Assembly: GCA_964016885.1 (NCBI GenBank)
Contig: OZ024745.1
Coordinates: 85,684,001 to 85,748,000, forward strand
DNA: 64,000 nucleotides
Source: Eledone cirrhosa
Lineage: Eukaryota
Reading direction: 5' to 3'
Positions 26,612 to 40,439 of this stretch are shown piece after piece. How positions within the stretch are numbered: the stretch's first letter is position 1; the number at the start of each line of letters is the position of its first letter. The notes under the pieces were generated by a model. The model worked only from the letters and a program-made list of their open reading frames with translations, was not told the DNA's origin and did not search any database. Both the position numbers and the translations under genes were made by a program.

Positions 26612-29600
26612 ATGACCATGCTGTAAAATGGAGGGGTAGAGAGGGCCCTTGAGTCTAGTAAGACATCCTCTCTAGTGCTGGTGGCACAAATAATAGCACC
26701 CAGTCCATGCTGTAAAGTGGCGCTGGTGTTAGGAAGGGCTTCCAACCAGTGTATCAATGCCAAAACGCTTATCAGCACAGCAACAAATAGGAACAACAAC
26801 AAAATATGAAGACGTCGCATCTCAGAGTTGCAACACTTAATGTTGGCACTCTCACAGGTAGATCTGCTGAAATAGCGGAGATGCTGGAGAGAAGGCACGT
26901 GGATGTGTGCTGCGTGCAAGAGGTGAGATGGAGAGGTGCCTCTGCGAGACTAGTCGTAGGCAAACGTCTTAGCTATAAGCTATTCTGGGTAGGTAAGGAT
27001 GATGCTGAGAAATGGATCAATAAGACAATAGAGGTAGTTCGAGTTAGTAATCGAATAATTAAGCTTAGATTAGTTGTAGGTAGGAGACTACTGACAATCA
27101 TCTCGGCCTATGCTCCCCAAGCAGGCCTAGGCAAAGATGAGAAAGACTGCTTTTATGAGCAACTTTTGCAAAGAACCGCAATGACAGAGGACGGAGACAT
27201 CGTTATGCTAGCAGGAGACTTCAATGGTCATGTTGGACAGCTCCAGGATGGTTACACTGGGATACATGATGGGCACGGTTACGGTTCAAGAAATGAAGAA
27301 GGAGTGAGACTTCTTGAATTTTGTGATGCAGGTACATTGACTATATGCAACACAAACTTCCAGAAACCTGCCAATCACCTAATAACCTACAAATCTGGTG
27401 AGCACATAAGCCAGATTGACTTCCTACTAGATAGGCAGCGGGACAGGCAGATAGTGTCTAATACCAAGGCATACCCTGGGGAAGAATGTACCCCACAGCA
27501 TAGGTTAGTTGTTAGCGATATCTCAGTAAGCAAGAGATGGAATGAGACATATAGGAAGGTGTGGAGAAGAAAGGCCTGGAAGCTAAAAGACCTTTCACTA
27601 AAATACAAATTTAGGAAAGCCCTTCAAGATGTATATGACGAAAACGAAAACGATTTAGAGACGTATGACATAGATAGTAACTGGAATTTCTTACGTGACA
27701 ACTTGCTGCAGGCTACTGATGAAACTTGTGGCTGGAGCAGAGCTCCAACCAGACAGGTAGTGACCTGGTGGTGGAACAGCACAGTAGATAAGGCTATTAG
27801 AGACAAAAGACTATCATGGAAGGCTTGCTTGGAAAAAGGGTGGGAGTAGGGAAGAATATACAGCCACTAAGAGAGAAGCTAGACCTCAGGTGTACTTAGC
27901 ACGCAGGGAGGCAGAGAGTAGGAGGTTTGCCAATGTTCTGCGACCGGAAGATCAGAGGCGTGCGGTGTTCCACATTGCAAGGCAATGTGTCAATGCAAAT
28001 CAGGATGTTGTTGGAGATAAATGTGTCCGGGATAATGCCGGTGTACTTAGTGTCACGAATGATAAAAAAAGGAGGCCCGAAATGTCATTATGAGAGACTG
28101 ATGAATGTGGAGAACAAATGGGAGAGAGAGAAATTACCCTTGGTAGATCCGACAGAGGGACCAGCTATTGAGATTGACGAATATAGGGTCCAAGAGGCAA
28201 TTAGGGAAATGAAAAATGGTAAGGCTGCCGGACTATCGGGAATAGTTGCAGAGATGCTGAAGGCATCAGGGGACGTAGGCACTAAACTGGTTGCACGCAT
28301 CATCAATCAGGCTATATTTGGTGGTGTCATACCCAAAGACTGGTGCAGCAGTATTCTCATAAATTGCTACAAAGGTAAAGGGGATTCTTTGGAGAGGAGC
28401 AATTATAGGGGTATAAAACTGATAGATCAGGTTATGAAAGTGGCAGAAAGGATTTTAGCATAACTAATTAGAGAAAGGGTCAAACTAGATGAGATGCAGT
28501 TTGGTTTTGTGCCTGGGAAGAGTACAACAGATGCCCTCTTCTTGGTGAGACAATTGGAAGAGAAGTTCTTAGAGAAAAATAAGCCACTATACTTAGCCTT
28601 TGTTGACCTAGAGAAGGCCTTTGATAGGGTACCCCGATCTGTCATCTGGTGGTCCCTAAGGAAGCTAGGTGTTGAGGAATGGCTTGTGAGGACAGTGCAA
28701 ACTTTGTACAGAGGTACTCTCAGTAAAGTTAGGGTAGGAGTGGAGTTTAGTGAGGAATTCCAGATACAAGTAGGAGTACATCAGGGTTCGGTCCTCAGCC
28801 CGCTCTTGTTCATTATAGTTCTCCAAGCCATAACAGAGGAGTTTAAGACTGGCTGTCCATGGGAACTTCTCTATGCTGACGATCTGGTTCTTATAGCAGA
28901 ATCAGTAGAGGAGCTAGCGAATAAATTCTGGCTATGGAAACAGCAGTTGGATCTAAGAGGACTGAGAGTGAATCTAGCTAAGACAAAAGTGTTGATGAGT
29001 AGAAAAGAGGACAACACCCTGATTCCGTCAGGGAAATGGCCATGTTCGATATGCAGAAAAGGAACAGGCATAAATTCTATAAAATGCACACAATGCAGAT
29101 CTTGGGTACACAAGAGATGTAGCGGGGTAGCAGGCAAACTAACAGGTAGGGAGAAATATGTATGCAGTAGATGTACAGAGAAATTAGACAGTAGAAGTCG
29201 CATTGATAGACACATTTTTCAAATGCAGGAGGGCGCTATAGAAGTGATGGATAGCTTCCGGTACCTAGGAGATCAGATTAGCATGGGAGGAGGGTATTCC
29301 GAGGCCATAGTATCTAGAATAAGGACGGGTTGGAAGAAGTTTAGGGAGCTGCTTCCTCTGTTGACGAAGAAGGGTTTCTCCCTGCGTACGAAAGGCCGCT
29401 TGTATGATGCCTGTGTGAGGAGCGCGATGCTGCATGGTAGTGAGACATGGGCAGCAACTGCAGAGGATATGCGACGGCTGGAGAGAAATGAGGCAAGCAT
29501 GCTCCGTTGGATGTGCAGTGTAAATGTGCGTGAACGACTCAGCATAAATGTGTTGAGAGAGAAACTGTGTCTGAGAGGGATAGAATGTAGTGTACGAGAG

Positions 29601-29875
29601 ATGAGACTGAGGTGGTATGGACATGTGATGCGCATGGAGGATGACCGATGGGTGAATAAGTGCCAGGAATTGCCATTTGAAGGAAGACATGGTAGGTAGA
29701 GGTAGACCACGAAAAACATGGGCGGAGGTAGTGAGAACAGACCTCAGATCATTGAAGCTCACGGTGGAGATGACGAGGGACCGTGACGAGTGGAGAGATG
29801 CTGTGCTGAATAAGACCCGTCCCACCCTTGCAAGCAGGGAAAAGCGGATGTAAAATGATGATGATGATGATGATT
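26612..29875 (+). mobile_element. RTE-clade LINE, near full length
   Basis: Short 5' UTR, a single APE-RT reading frame and a (GAT)n 3' tail at 29856-29874. Confidence 0.9.
26806..29853 (+). pseudogene. RTE ORF (APE plus RT plus Cys-rich finger), disrupted
   Basis: TLNVGTL, VQEVRWRG, SAYAPQ, GDFNGHVG, NYRGIKL, QFGFVPGKST, FVDLEKAFDRV, GVHQGS and YADD; breaks near 27840, 28070, 28461 and 29697. Confidence 0.93.
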
Positions 29876-29884
29876 ATATATATA

Positions 29885-30330
29885 CGATATATTAACAAAT
29901 GGAAACTATATTTATAAAACCATATTTATTTCATTATACATATTTCAAGGACACCAAGTTAAATTATGGTGTGCTTTCATTAGATAAAATATAATATAGA
30001 TCAGTTTTATAAATAAATATTGACATACCCTTAAAGAATGCGACCATTTCTGTTGGAAGCTCCCGGAGCTTCCAACAGAAATGGTCGCATTCTTTAAGGG
30101 TATGTCAATATTTATTTATAAAACTGATCTATATTATATTTTATCTAATGAAAGCACACCATAATTTAACTTGGTGTCCTTGAAATATGTATAATGAAAT
30201 AAATATGGTTTTATAAATATAGTTTCCATTTGTTAATATATCGTATTTTTACTCCAATAATTTGTTGAGTGCTTTATATCAGTTATAAAAATATTTGCTT
30301 GTTGTATCCCAACAGTTTAAATTGAACTTG
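29885..30330. mobile_element. Family A fold-back element; both HHR motifs (29927-29991 on -, 30137-30201 on +) carry G5A (CTAATGA)
   Basis: About 180-bp near-perfect arms centred on ggaagctcccggagcttcc. Confidence 0.88.
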
Positions 30331-30479
30331 TACATATATTATATATATATTATATATATTTTATATATATATATTATATATATATATACTATATATATAT
30401 ATTATATATATATATTATATATTATATATATATATAAATTATATATTATATATATAATGTATAATAAACAATACAATAT

Positions 30480-30557
30480 AATTACCTCATTACCAGAGGT
30501 TTCCCGAATAAGACGGATACGAAAAATGTCCTCATTCGTTCGTCGGACAAGGCAATT
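30480..30557 (-). ncRNA. Hammerhead motif, family G (C4 variant), inverted arm
   Basis: Reverse complement of 35149-35226; also has CCGACGA. Confidence 0.65.
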
Positions 30558-31717
30558 TAAAACATAGTGAAATATTTGGAAAGTCTCCTCAAGAAATGCG
30601 AAAAATATATAAATAAAAGTAATTCAAGAGATATTAAAATAATATATAAAAAAGAATATATAAAAAATATATTAAAAGATATAAGGAAATGTAGTTAGGG
30701 TATGTGTATATGTATGTATATACACTCACAAATGTACATATGTGTGTATGTACAAATGCATGTGTATGGTGAAAATATGTGCGTAATTACATATATGAGG
30801 GCATGTATATTTGTGTATATGTGACCACAAATACGTATATAATATGAGTTGAAAAAGAAAATAATAATATAGTTGACACGCATCCAGATACAGGTATTAA
30901 ATACACATACGAGTATGAAAGCACGCGTATAAACACACACACACACGCGGTTACTTATATGCGGAAGATAAAGAGGGAAGTGAGTGTAATAGTTAAAAGA
31001 AGTGTCATTCTCGATATATGTATAAAAATGAAACAATATATGAGAATGAAAAAAATGTTTATATCAAAGAGAAAGTAATCAATTAACACTAGAGAAAAGA
31101 AAACAAACATAGGTACGCACGTACATACACATATATCTATAAAAAAATATTTATACACACAAATACGTACAGACAAAAGCGCATGCATGCGTACATATAT
31201 ACACACGAGGCACGTATATATATATATCGCCCCATATATATCTAATCACACGTACGTACGCAACTATATATATATATACACATACACATACGCACCCATA
31301 CATACATATACATATATACACATATACATACACATTCATATACATTCACCCGCATACACACACACGTAAAAATAAGAATGTAAAAAACATAGATATAAAA
31401 AAACATAGATATAAAAACACACATACACACACATATATATACGCACGCACACATACGGAGGCGTTCGTATACATATACAGAACGTATACACAAATAAGCA
31501 CACTCAGACACATAGATACAGATTATAAATCAGCCATATGAATAAATGAGTACAAATATAAAATCGGCTTTTTCAATTTTCAACGGAAACTTCAATACTT
31601 ATACAGCTCCCAAGGGAATGATCGCAGCATATTCTACATGTTTATGAGATTGGCATCTTCCAGCCCTTTTAAAGCCGAACACTCTTCAGTCAATAGGATT
31701 TTAAACCAATTCTGAAC

Positions 31718-33804
31718 ATGGATAAATATACTTTGGATTACTCTATCAAGAATATCCCAACACCTTCTAACACTTCTTACACGAAAATGCTGATAGACAA
31801 AGTAGAGAAAGTTGTTAAAAGAATTAGATGGAAAGCCTTGATTCTCGATAGACACTTTAACACGGACTCTACGGAACATTTTTATATAAAAACTCATAAA
31901 TACGCGCAAAGAGTAAAAGATATGACCGCTTTTGAACTAGACTTAGTTAATGTAATCAACAATATCAATTTTCGTAAGTACTCTAACCCTTTTCAATCTA
32001 AACTATCTAATGATATTTCAATATTCAAATCTTCTAAAAATAAGTTCATTTTCTCCGACAATACTAAAAACTTATACGAAGTTAATAATAATTTACATGA
32101 CCAACTCTTAATAGATAAAATTACCTCTAAATACCAAATAGCTAATATAAACACGTATAATAAGGAAGCTAAAGAATTAGCTAGTTCTTTAAAAATAGAT
32201 AATAGGACAGAAAAACTTGCTAAACGTAATGCATATATCACCCTTAAAGATCAAAAACCTGACTTTATTAATCGTCCTAGTTGTAGATTAATCAACCCTG
32301 CTAAGACTGATATCGGTCTTGCCAGCAAAAATGTTTTAAATAATATAAACACACAGATTAGAAGTAAGTCTGAATTACTCCAATGGATAACTAGCTCTTC
32401 CGTAGTACATTAGTTTAATAATATTAAAGATAAAAATAGTTCTAGATTCACCCAATTTGACATTGTAGATTTATACCCGTCTATCACTCAGACTCTTTTA
32501 GCGAAAGCCTTAAATTTCGCTAGAAAATTTACCAATATTTCTGATATTGAAGAGACTGTCATCTTGCATGCTAGAAACACTCTACTCTTTACTGATAATG
32601 ACATTTGGGTAAAAATATCTAACCCAGAGAGCCCATTCGATGTCTCAATGGGCTCTTTTGACAGTGCTGATGTTTGTGATTTAGTCGGCTTATTCCTCGT
32701 ACACACAAGAAAAATTCCCTAACCATATTTTTGGGCTTTATCGCGACGATGGTCTAATACTTTCCCATACCACCATAGGCCATAACTTAGATAGATTAAG
32801 GAAAGACTTAATAAAAACCTTCGCTAGATTTAATCTTAAAATTACTATTGACACTAACCTTTCCAATGTTAATTTTCTAGATATAAACCTAGATTTGCCT
32901 ACTGCTTCTTATAAACCATACCATAAACCTAATGAAAATTTAAAATATATAAATAAAGGCTCTTGCCATCCTCCTATAGTTTTTAAAAACCTTATCCCTA
33001 ATATTATCCGTAGGATCTCCACCCTCTCTTCCTCAGAAGCTATTTTCAATAAGGCATCCCCCTACTATTACAAAGCGCTTCAAAATAGCGGATTTAGCGA
33101 ACCGATTAAGTACATACCCAACAATACTAACTCTTTTAAACATAATAATAGGAAAAGAAAAATAATCTGGTTTACCCCCCTACTCTCTAGCAGTTAAAAC
33201 TAATGTAGGCAAAACATTCCTAGAGCTCTTAGATAAACATTTCCCTAGAACACATAGATACTATAAGATCTTCAATAGAAACTGTGTCAAAATTAGCTAC
33301 TCCTGCGGTCCTCCTATTAAATCTTATATCAACAATAAGAAATCACCCAGAGAACATCAAAATTGCTCCTGTAGAGTCAAAAGTGAATGCCCATTACAAG
33401 GTAAATGCAACACCAAAGCCATTGTATATGTGGCTAAAGTGACAACCATCAGCAACAACCAACCAGCCACCAGCGAACGATATGTGGGTATGACACAATA
33501 CAAATTCAAAACGCGTTATTACTCACATGTCGCATCTTTCCGACATACAGAAAAAAGATTCACAACAGCTCTGGCTAGCAGAATATGGGATTTGAAAGAC
33601 CAAGGAATCCAATATAAATTGGATTGGTCAATTTTGAACCAATCTAAAGAATATGCAAGAGGAACAATAAGATGCACACTCTGCATAAGTGAAAAATATT
33701 TGATTTTACAAAACCTTAAATCACCAAAAACCTGCCTAAATACAAAAACAGAAATTTTCACCAGTTGCCCACACATGAAATCACACTTGCTTTCCAGCTC
33801 ATAA
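31718..33804 (+). pseudogene. PLE reverse transcriptase plus GIY-YIG endonuclease, disrupted
   Basis: YSIKNIPTPS, RLINPAK, FDIVDFYPSI, MGSFDSADVCDLVG, GLYRDDGL, IIWFTP, NCSCRVKSECPLQGKC, YVGMT and CTLC; several stops and frameshifts. Confidence 0.93.
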
Positions 33805-35148
33805 ACTTAACTCACTTTCAGATACTTATCCTCCATAAACTCTTATTCTTCACTTTCCTTAAATTATTCTCTTTACAGACTTCTCTTTCTGATTTACTTT
33901 CATTTTTAACTTTATTTTTAATTTTATTTTTATTTTTATTTTTATTTTTATTTTTATTTTTATTTTTATTTTTATTTTTATTTTTACTTCACATCCACCA
34001 GTAACCCCCCCCCCTACTTTTCGATTCACTTACCTAATACCTTCACATTCCATATTTTACTTCCCCATTTTCTTTCACTACCTGATTTTACAGTCACTTG
34101 CGTTTTCCACTCCAGATATATTCTGTTGTTTCGCAGCCGATTTCATATTTGTACTCATTTATTCATATGGCTGATTTATAATCTGTATCCATTTGTCTGA
34201 GTGTGCTTATGTGTGTATACGTTCTGCATATGTATACGAACGCCTCCGTATGTGTGCGTGCGTACGTATATATATGTGTGTGTATGTGTGTTTTTATATC
34301 TCTTTTTTTTATATGTATGTTTTTTACATTCTTATTTTTACGTGAGTGTGTATGCGGGTGAATGTATGTGAATGTGTTTGTATAGGTGTATATATGTATA
34401 TGTATGTATGGGTGTGTATGTGTATGTGTATATATCTATAGTCGCGTACGTACGTGTGATTAGATATACATGGGGCGATATATATATATACGTGCCTCGT
34501 GTGTATGTATGTACGCATGCATGCGCTTTTGTCTGTACGTATTGTGTGTATAAATATTTTTTTTATAGATATATGTGTATGTACGTGCGTACCTATGTTT
34601 GTTTTCTTTTCTCTAGTGTTAATTGATTACTTTCTCTTTGATTAAACATTTTTTTTCATTCTCATATATTGTTTCATTTTTATACATATATCGAGAATGA
34701 CACTTCTTTTTACTATTACACTCCCTTCCCTCTTTATCTTCCGCATATAAGTGACCGCGTGTGTGTGTGTGTTTATACGCGTGCTTTCATACTCGTATGT
34801 GTATTTAATACCTGTATCTGGATGCGTGTCAACTATATTATCATTTTCTTTTTCAACTCATATTATATACGTATTTGTGGTCACATATACACAAATATAC
34901 ATGCCCTCATATATGTACTTACGCACACATTTTCACCATACACATGCATTTGTACATACACACATATGTACATTTGTGAGTGTATATACATACATATACA
35001 CATACCCTAACTATTTTTCCTTATATTTTTTTAATATATTTTTTATATATTCTTTTTTATATATTTTTTTAATATCTCTTGCATTACTTTTATTTATATA
35101 TTTTTAGCATTTCTTGAGGAGACTTTCCAAATATTTCACTATGTTTTA

Positions 35149-35226
35149 AATTGCCTCGTCCGACGAACGAATGAGGACGTTTTTCGTATTCGTCTTATTC
35201 GGGAAACCTCTGGTAATGAGGTAATT
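35149..35226 (+). ncRNA. Hammerhead motif, family G (C4 variant)
   Basis: aattgcctcgt-CCGACGA-acgaatgaggacg..cgtcttattcgg-GAAA-cctctgg-TA-atgaggtaatt; 11-bp stem I. Confidence 0.7.
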
Positions 35227-35358
35227 ATATTGTATTGTTTGTTATACATTAAATTTTGCTCTGGAAACTTCAATACTTATTATATATATATATATCTATA
35301 CATTAAATTTTGCTCTGGAAACTTCAATACTTATTATATATATATATCTATATATATA

Positions 35359-35403
<45 letters not shown>

Positions 35404-35573
35404 TATATATAATATATATATTATATATATATATATATAATGTATATATATATATTATATATATTTATATATTATATATTATATATATATATATATTATA
35501 TATATATATATATTATATATATATATATATTATATATTATATATATATATTATATATATATATATTATATATA

Positions 35574-35614
<41 letters not shown>

Positions 35615-35645
35615 TATATATATATATATATATTATATATATATA

Positions 35646-35683
<38 letters not shown>

Positions 35684-35878
35684 TTATATATTATATATTA
35701 TATATATATATTATATATATTAATATATTATATATATATATATAAGATTGTTTATCGTTATTTCGTGGGCCGAGATTCTGTTTTCTCGATTATTTACTTA
35801 TATATATATTATATATATATATAGTATATATATTATATATATATATATATTATATATATATATTATATATATATATAT

Positions 35879-36005
<127 letters not shown>

Positions 36006-36041
36006 TATATATTATATATATATATATATTATATATATATA

Positions 36042-36073
<32 letters not shown>

Positions 36074-36156
36074 CGTTATTCCGGGTTGAATTGGAGGTAA
36101 CCACAGTAAGTAAGGTACTCAATACATAGCAGAGTATAACAGTTTTAATATAGATG

Positions 36157-36207
36157 AGATTCTACAGGACTAGAACTGTTTCATTCATTAGGAATCATCA
36201 GGAATCT
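36157..36207 (-). ncRNA. Hammerhead, family H
   Basis: Minus strand: agattc-CTGATGA-ttcctaatgaat-GAAA-cagttctagtcctg-TA-gaatct. Confidence 0.75.
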
Positions 36208-36933
36208 GGGTATCAAAAAATAAATATCGTATTTATAGGTCTCTACAAGTGGTAGGAGAGGGTGGGGAGTGGGATGGGTGCAGGTCATTGGTTGATAGAG
36301 AAGGGAATTCATTAAAAGCTAATTCTACATAGCTATAGTTAATTTATATTTATTTATGTTTTTAGAGTAACAAAGGCAGACAGAATTCTATAAACAGGTT
36401 CCGGATGGCATACCATTCCTTGTCAATAAGTTTCTCTTAAGCTAGCAGATGTCTATAAAATCAGTGGGGGGTCATTCATGCTCGATAGAATTAAAGAAAA
36501 GGGAGATTCTTTAAAAGCTAAAGTCATTAAGGTTCTGCCAAGTGACAAAGGGAATTCTGCAGACAGATTCAAAATACTGAGTGCATATCTTACTATTATC
36601 TTCGAACTTCTCTTAAACTAATCAACAATATGCCAAATCAACAGACACATTCACAAAAAAAACAAAAAAACCCAAAAAAAACAAAAAAACAGAAAAACAA
36701 AAAAAACCACACCTAAAAAACAAAAAAACACACATACTCACTCACACACTTACGCGCAACCATAAACACACACATAAACACATATACACACATAAAGACA
36801 CACACACATATATAAAAAAAAATATATAAATATATACAAATATATATTCATGTACACACACATACATACACACATACATACATACATACATATATAAAAT
36901 ACATATACACATATACATACGCACACATATACA

Positions 36934-36994
<61 letters not shown>

Positions 36995-37016
36995 TATATA
37001 TACACATATATATATG

Positions 37017-37048
<32 letters not shown>

Positions 37049-37110
37049 TATATATACACATATATATATGTATTTGTATGTGTGTGTATAGAGATATATA
37101 TATATATATA

Positions 37111-37181
<71 letters not shown>

Positions 37182-37198
37182 ATGTATGTGTGTATATG

Positions 37199-37251
<53 letters not shown>

Positions 37252-37376
37252 ATGTATGTGTGTGTGTATAGATATTTATACATATGTATACTCGTGTTTG
37301 TATGTATGCGTGTGAGTGTATTTATTTGTGTATATATGTGTGTATGTGTGTATGTATGTGTATGTGTGTGTGTATC

Positions 37377-37409
<33 letters not shown>

Positions 37410-37410
37410 G

Positions 37411-37441
<31 letters not shown>

Positions 37442-37456
37442 GTATATATATGTATG

Positions 37457-37487
<31 letters not shown>

Positions 37488-37538
37488 GTATGTATGTGTG
37501 TGTGTGTGTATGTGTGTATATATATATGTGTATATATA

Positions 37539-37571
<33 letters not shown>

Positions 37572-38329
37572 GATTATATATATATATATATATATATTGT
37601 ATATGTGTGCGTATGTATATGTGTATATGTATTTTATATATGTATGTATGTATGTATGTGTGTATGTATGTGTGTGTACATGAATATATATTTGAATATA
37701 TTTATATATTTTTTTTATATATGTGTGTGTGTTTTTATGTGTGTATATGTGTTTATGTGTGTGTTTATGGTTGCGCGTAAGTGTGTGAGTGAGTATGTGT
37801 GTTTTTTTGTTTTTTAGGTGTGTTTTTTTTTTTGTTTTTCTGTTTTTTTGTTTTTTTGGGTTTTTTTTGTTTTTTTGTGAATGTGTCTGTTGATTTGGCA
37901 TATTGTTGATTAGTTTAAGAGAAGTTCGAAGATAATAGTAAGATATGCACTCAGTATTTTGAATCTGTCTGCAGAATTCCCTAGACCTTTGTCACTTGGC
38001 AGAACCTTAATGACTTTAGCTTTTAAAGAATCTCCCTTTTCTTTAATTCTATCGAGCATGAATGACCCCCCACTGATTTTATAGACATCTGCTAGCTTAA
38101 GAGAAACTTATTGACAAGGAATGGTATGCCATCCGGGACCTGTTTATAGAATTCTGTCTGCCTTTGTTACTCTAAAAACATAAATAAATATAAATTAACT
38201 ATAGCTATGTAGAATTAGCTTTTAATGAATTCCCTTCTCTATCAACCAATGACCTGCACCCATCCCACTCCCCACCCTCTCCTACCACTTGTAGAGACCT
38301 ATAAATACCATATTTATTTTTTGATACCC

Positions 38330-38380
38330 AGATTCCTGATGATTCCTAATGAATGAAACAGTTCTAGTCCTGTAGAATCT
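38330..38380 (+). ncRNA. Hammerhead, family H (other arm)
   Basis: Identical motif, with CTGATGA at 38336. Confidence 0.75.
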
Positions 38381-38392
38381 CATCTATATTAA

Positions 38393-38438
<46 letters not shown>

Positions 38439-38620
38439 ACAGAGGTATCCACTGTCAGTTGTGGGGTCTATTCTGTATGAAGAACTCAATGTAATCCATA
38501 TGTTGAAAATGTTGTAGGTTAAGATAAATCTCAGAAAATAATAAAACATTAAAAGGAAATCAGAGTCATGATATAAGTTAAAACAATGAAATAAAAAATC
38601 AAGTCATTAGAAATATACTT

Positions 38621-38758
38621 CACTGCTTTACGATCGTTTCTAGATGGTGTTAATACATTGTATCTATACTCAGTTATTGATCTATGTAAGTTTATAAACT
38701 ATCAGATAGAGAGAATATTTACTTACATGCATATCACCAGCTGTTTTCAAAAGCAATA
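38621..38758 (-). ncRNA. Hammerhead motif, family I (U3-A8 variant, long stem II)
   Basis: Reverse complement of 39906-40043. Confidence 0.65.
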
Positions 38759-39905
38759 ATAATTTTACTCAGAATTAGTATCATGTCCATATTTGGAGGT
38801 AGTTGAAGAACTAACGAATCAAATTGTTTTTTTCATATGGTGTTAAGATGAAAAGTAATACACTTTAGTTGAGGTCATAACCCTTTGAAAGGAATGGTTG
38901 AAAGGTGTTAGTAGAAATTACCTAAAAATCTATTAGGAAGGAAGGGTATTGTCAAACTGATAGTTGAATGTATCTTGTATAGTGAATTTAAAAGGAATGT
39001 CAAAATAAATGGTGATTAGTGTTGTATTGAGTTTTAAGGTGAATATAAATTAATGTTATGGCTAGGAAAGATAGTATATTAAAATATGAAAATTATAAGA
39101 TAATGTGATATAGTAATACGATAATATACAACTTAACCAACAGAATATAGTACGGTGTGGTAAATTGCACTCAGTATAATATAACATATTATACGCTCTA
39201 ACATATTACTAAGTATGTTTATGCATAAACAATGAAACTCAGATAAGTACATGTTGGCATAGTTAAAACACATAAATTTCATAGTCTACAAAGTGCAAAT
39301 ATTCACACCACATATAGAGAGAGGTACAGTTATATTGATATCTAACCAAAATATACATACTATAATATACATACTATAAACCTAATTAAATACTATAAAC
39401 CTAATTAAATATTCTAAATAGCAACTCACTATAATTTCATATAGAATAACATTTATTAGTACCTTTTTCCCCTGATTATATGCTTTCATACTTAATTTTG
39501 CCTTTTAATGTTTTAGCTTCCTTATATTTATGCGTTAATGACTAAAGGCAACAAGATACACAGCCACACGTAATTGCATGAGTGAAAATAAACATCTATG
39601 TATGATATGGAAATATATTTATGTGTGTATATATTTGTGTATATATATATTTATTTATTTTGACATTCCTTTTAAATTCACTATACAAGATACATTCAAC
39701 TATCAGTTTGACAATACCCTTCCTTCCTAATAGATTGTTATGGCATTTCTACTAACACCTTTCAACCATTCCTTTCAAAGGGTCATGACCTCAACTAAAG
39801 TGTATTACTTTTCTTCTTAACACCATATGAAAAAAAACAATTTGATTCGTTAGTTCTTCAACTACCTCCAAATATGGACATGATACTAATTCTGAGTAAA
39901 ATTAT

Positions 39906-40043
39906 TATTGCTTTTGAAAACAGCTGGTGATATGCATGTAAGTAAATATTCTCTCTATCTGATAGTTTGTAAACTTACATATATCAATAACTGAGCATAG
40001 ATACAATGTATTAACACCATCTAGAAACGATCGTAAAGCAGTG
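39906..40043 (+). ncRNA. Hammerhead motif, family I (U3-A8 variant, long stem II)
   Basis: tattgctt-TTGAAAA(39914)-cagctggtg...caccatcta-GAAA(40024)-cgatcg-TA-aagcagtg. Confidence 0.65.
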
Positions 40044-40103
40044 AAGTATATCTCTAATGTTTTAACATATATATATATATATATATTACATATATATATA
40101 TAT

Positions 40104-40135
<32 letters not shown>

Positions 40136-40256
40136 ATATATTAATATATATTATATATTATATATTATATATATTATATATATATATATATTATATTATA
40201 TATATATATATATTATAGATATATATATTTTATATTTTATATATATATTATAAATA

Positions 40257-40326
<70 letters not shown>

Positions 40327-40371
40327 ATATTATAATATAAGATCAAAAGTTGGTTAAAAGAGTTCCAAGTA

Positions 40372-40439
40372 TTTTATTATGCGCATTTCAAAAAAAAAAT
40401 AACATCATGGGATGATATTTGCATTCTCATCAGATAAAA
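40372..40439 (-). ncRNA. Minimal hammerhead, family J
   Basis: Minus strand: ttttat-CTGATGA-gaa..ttt-GAAA-tgcgca-TA-ataaaa. Confidence 0.75.

Larger units (their letters stand above)
30455..35280 (+). mobile_element. Near full-length Naiad-type PLE with an inverted 5' copy (about 1.1 kb) of its 3' UTR/pseudo-LTR
   Basis: 30455-31569 is inverted against 34135-35250; ORF remnants lie between the arms. Confidence 0.9.
36073..38396. mobile_element. Non-coding fold-back PLE derivative with inverted arms of about 820 bp
   Basis: 36141 to about 36960 is inverted against about 37570 to 38396; microsatellite spacer; an HHR in each arm. Confidence 0.85.
38422..40057. mobile_element. Non-coding fold-back PLE derivative with inverted arms of about 390 bp
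   Basis: About 38615-39004 is inverted against about 39659-40050. Confidence 0.85.
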
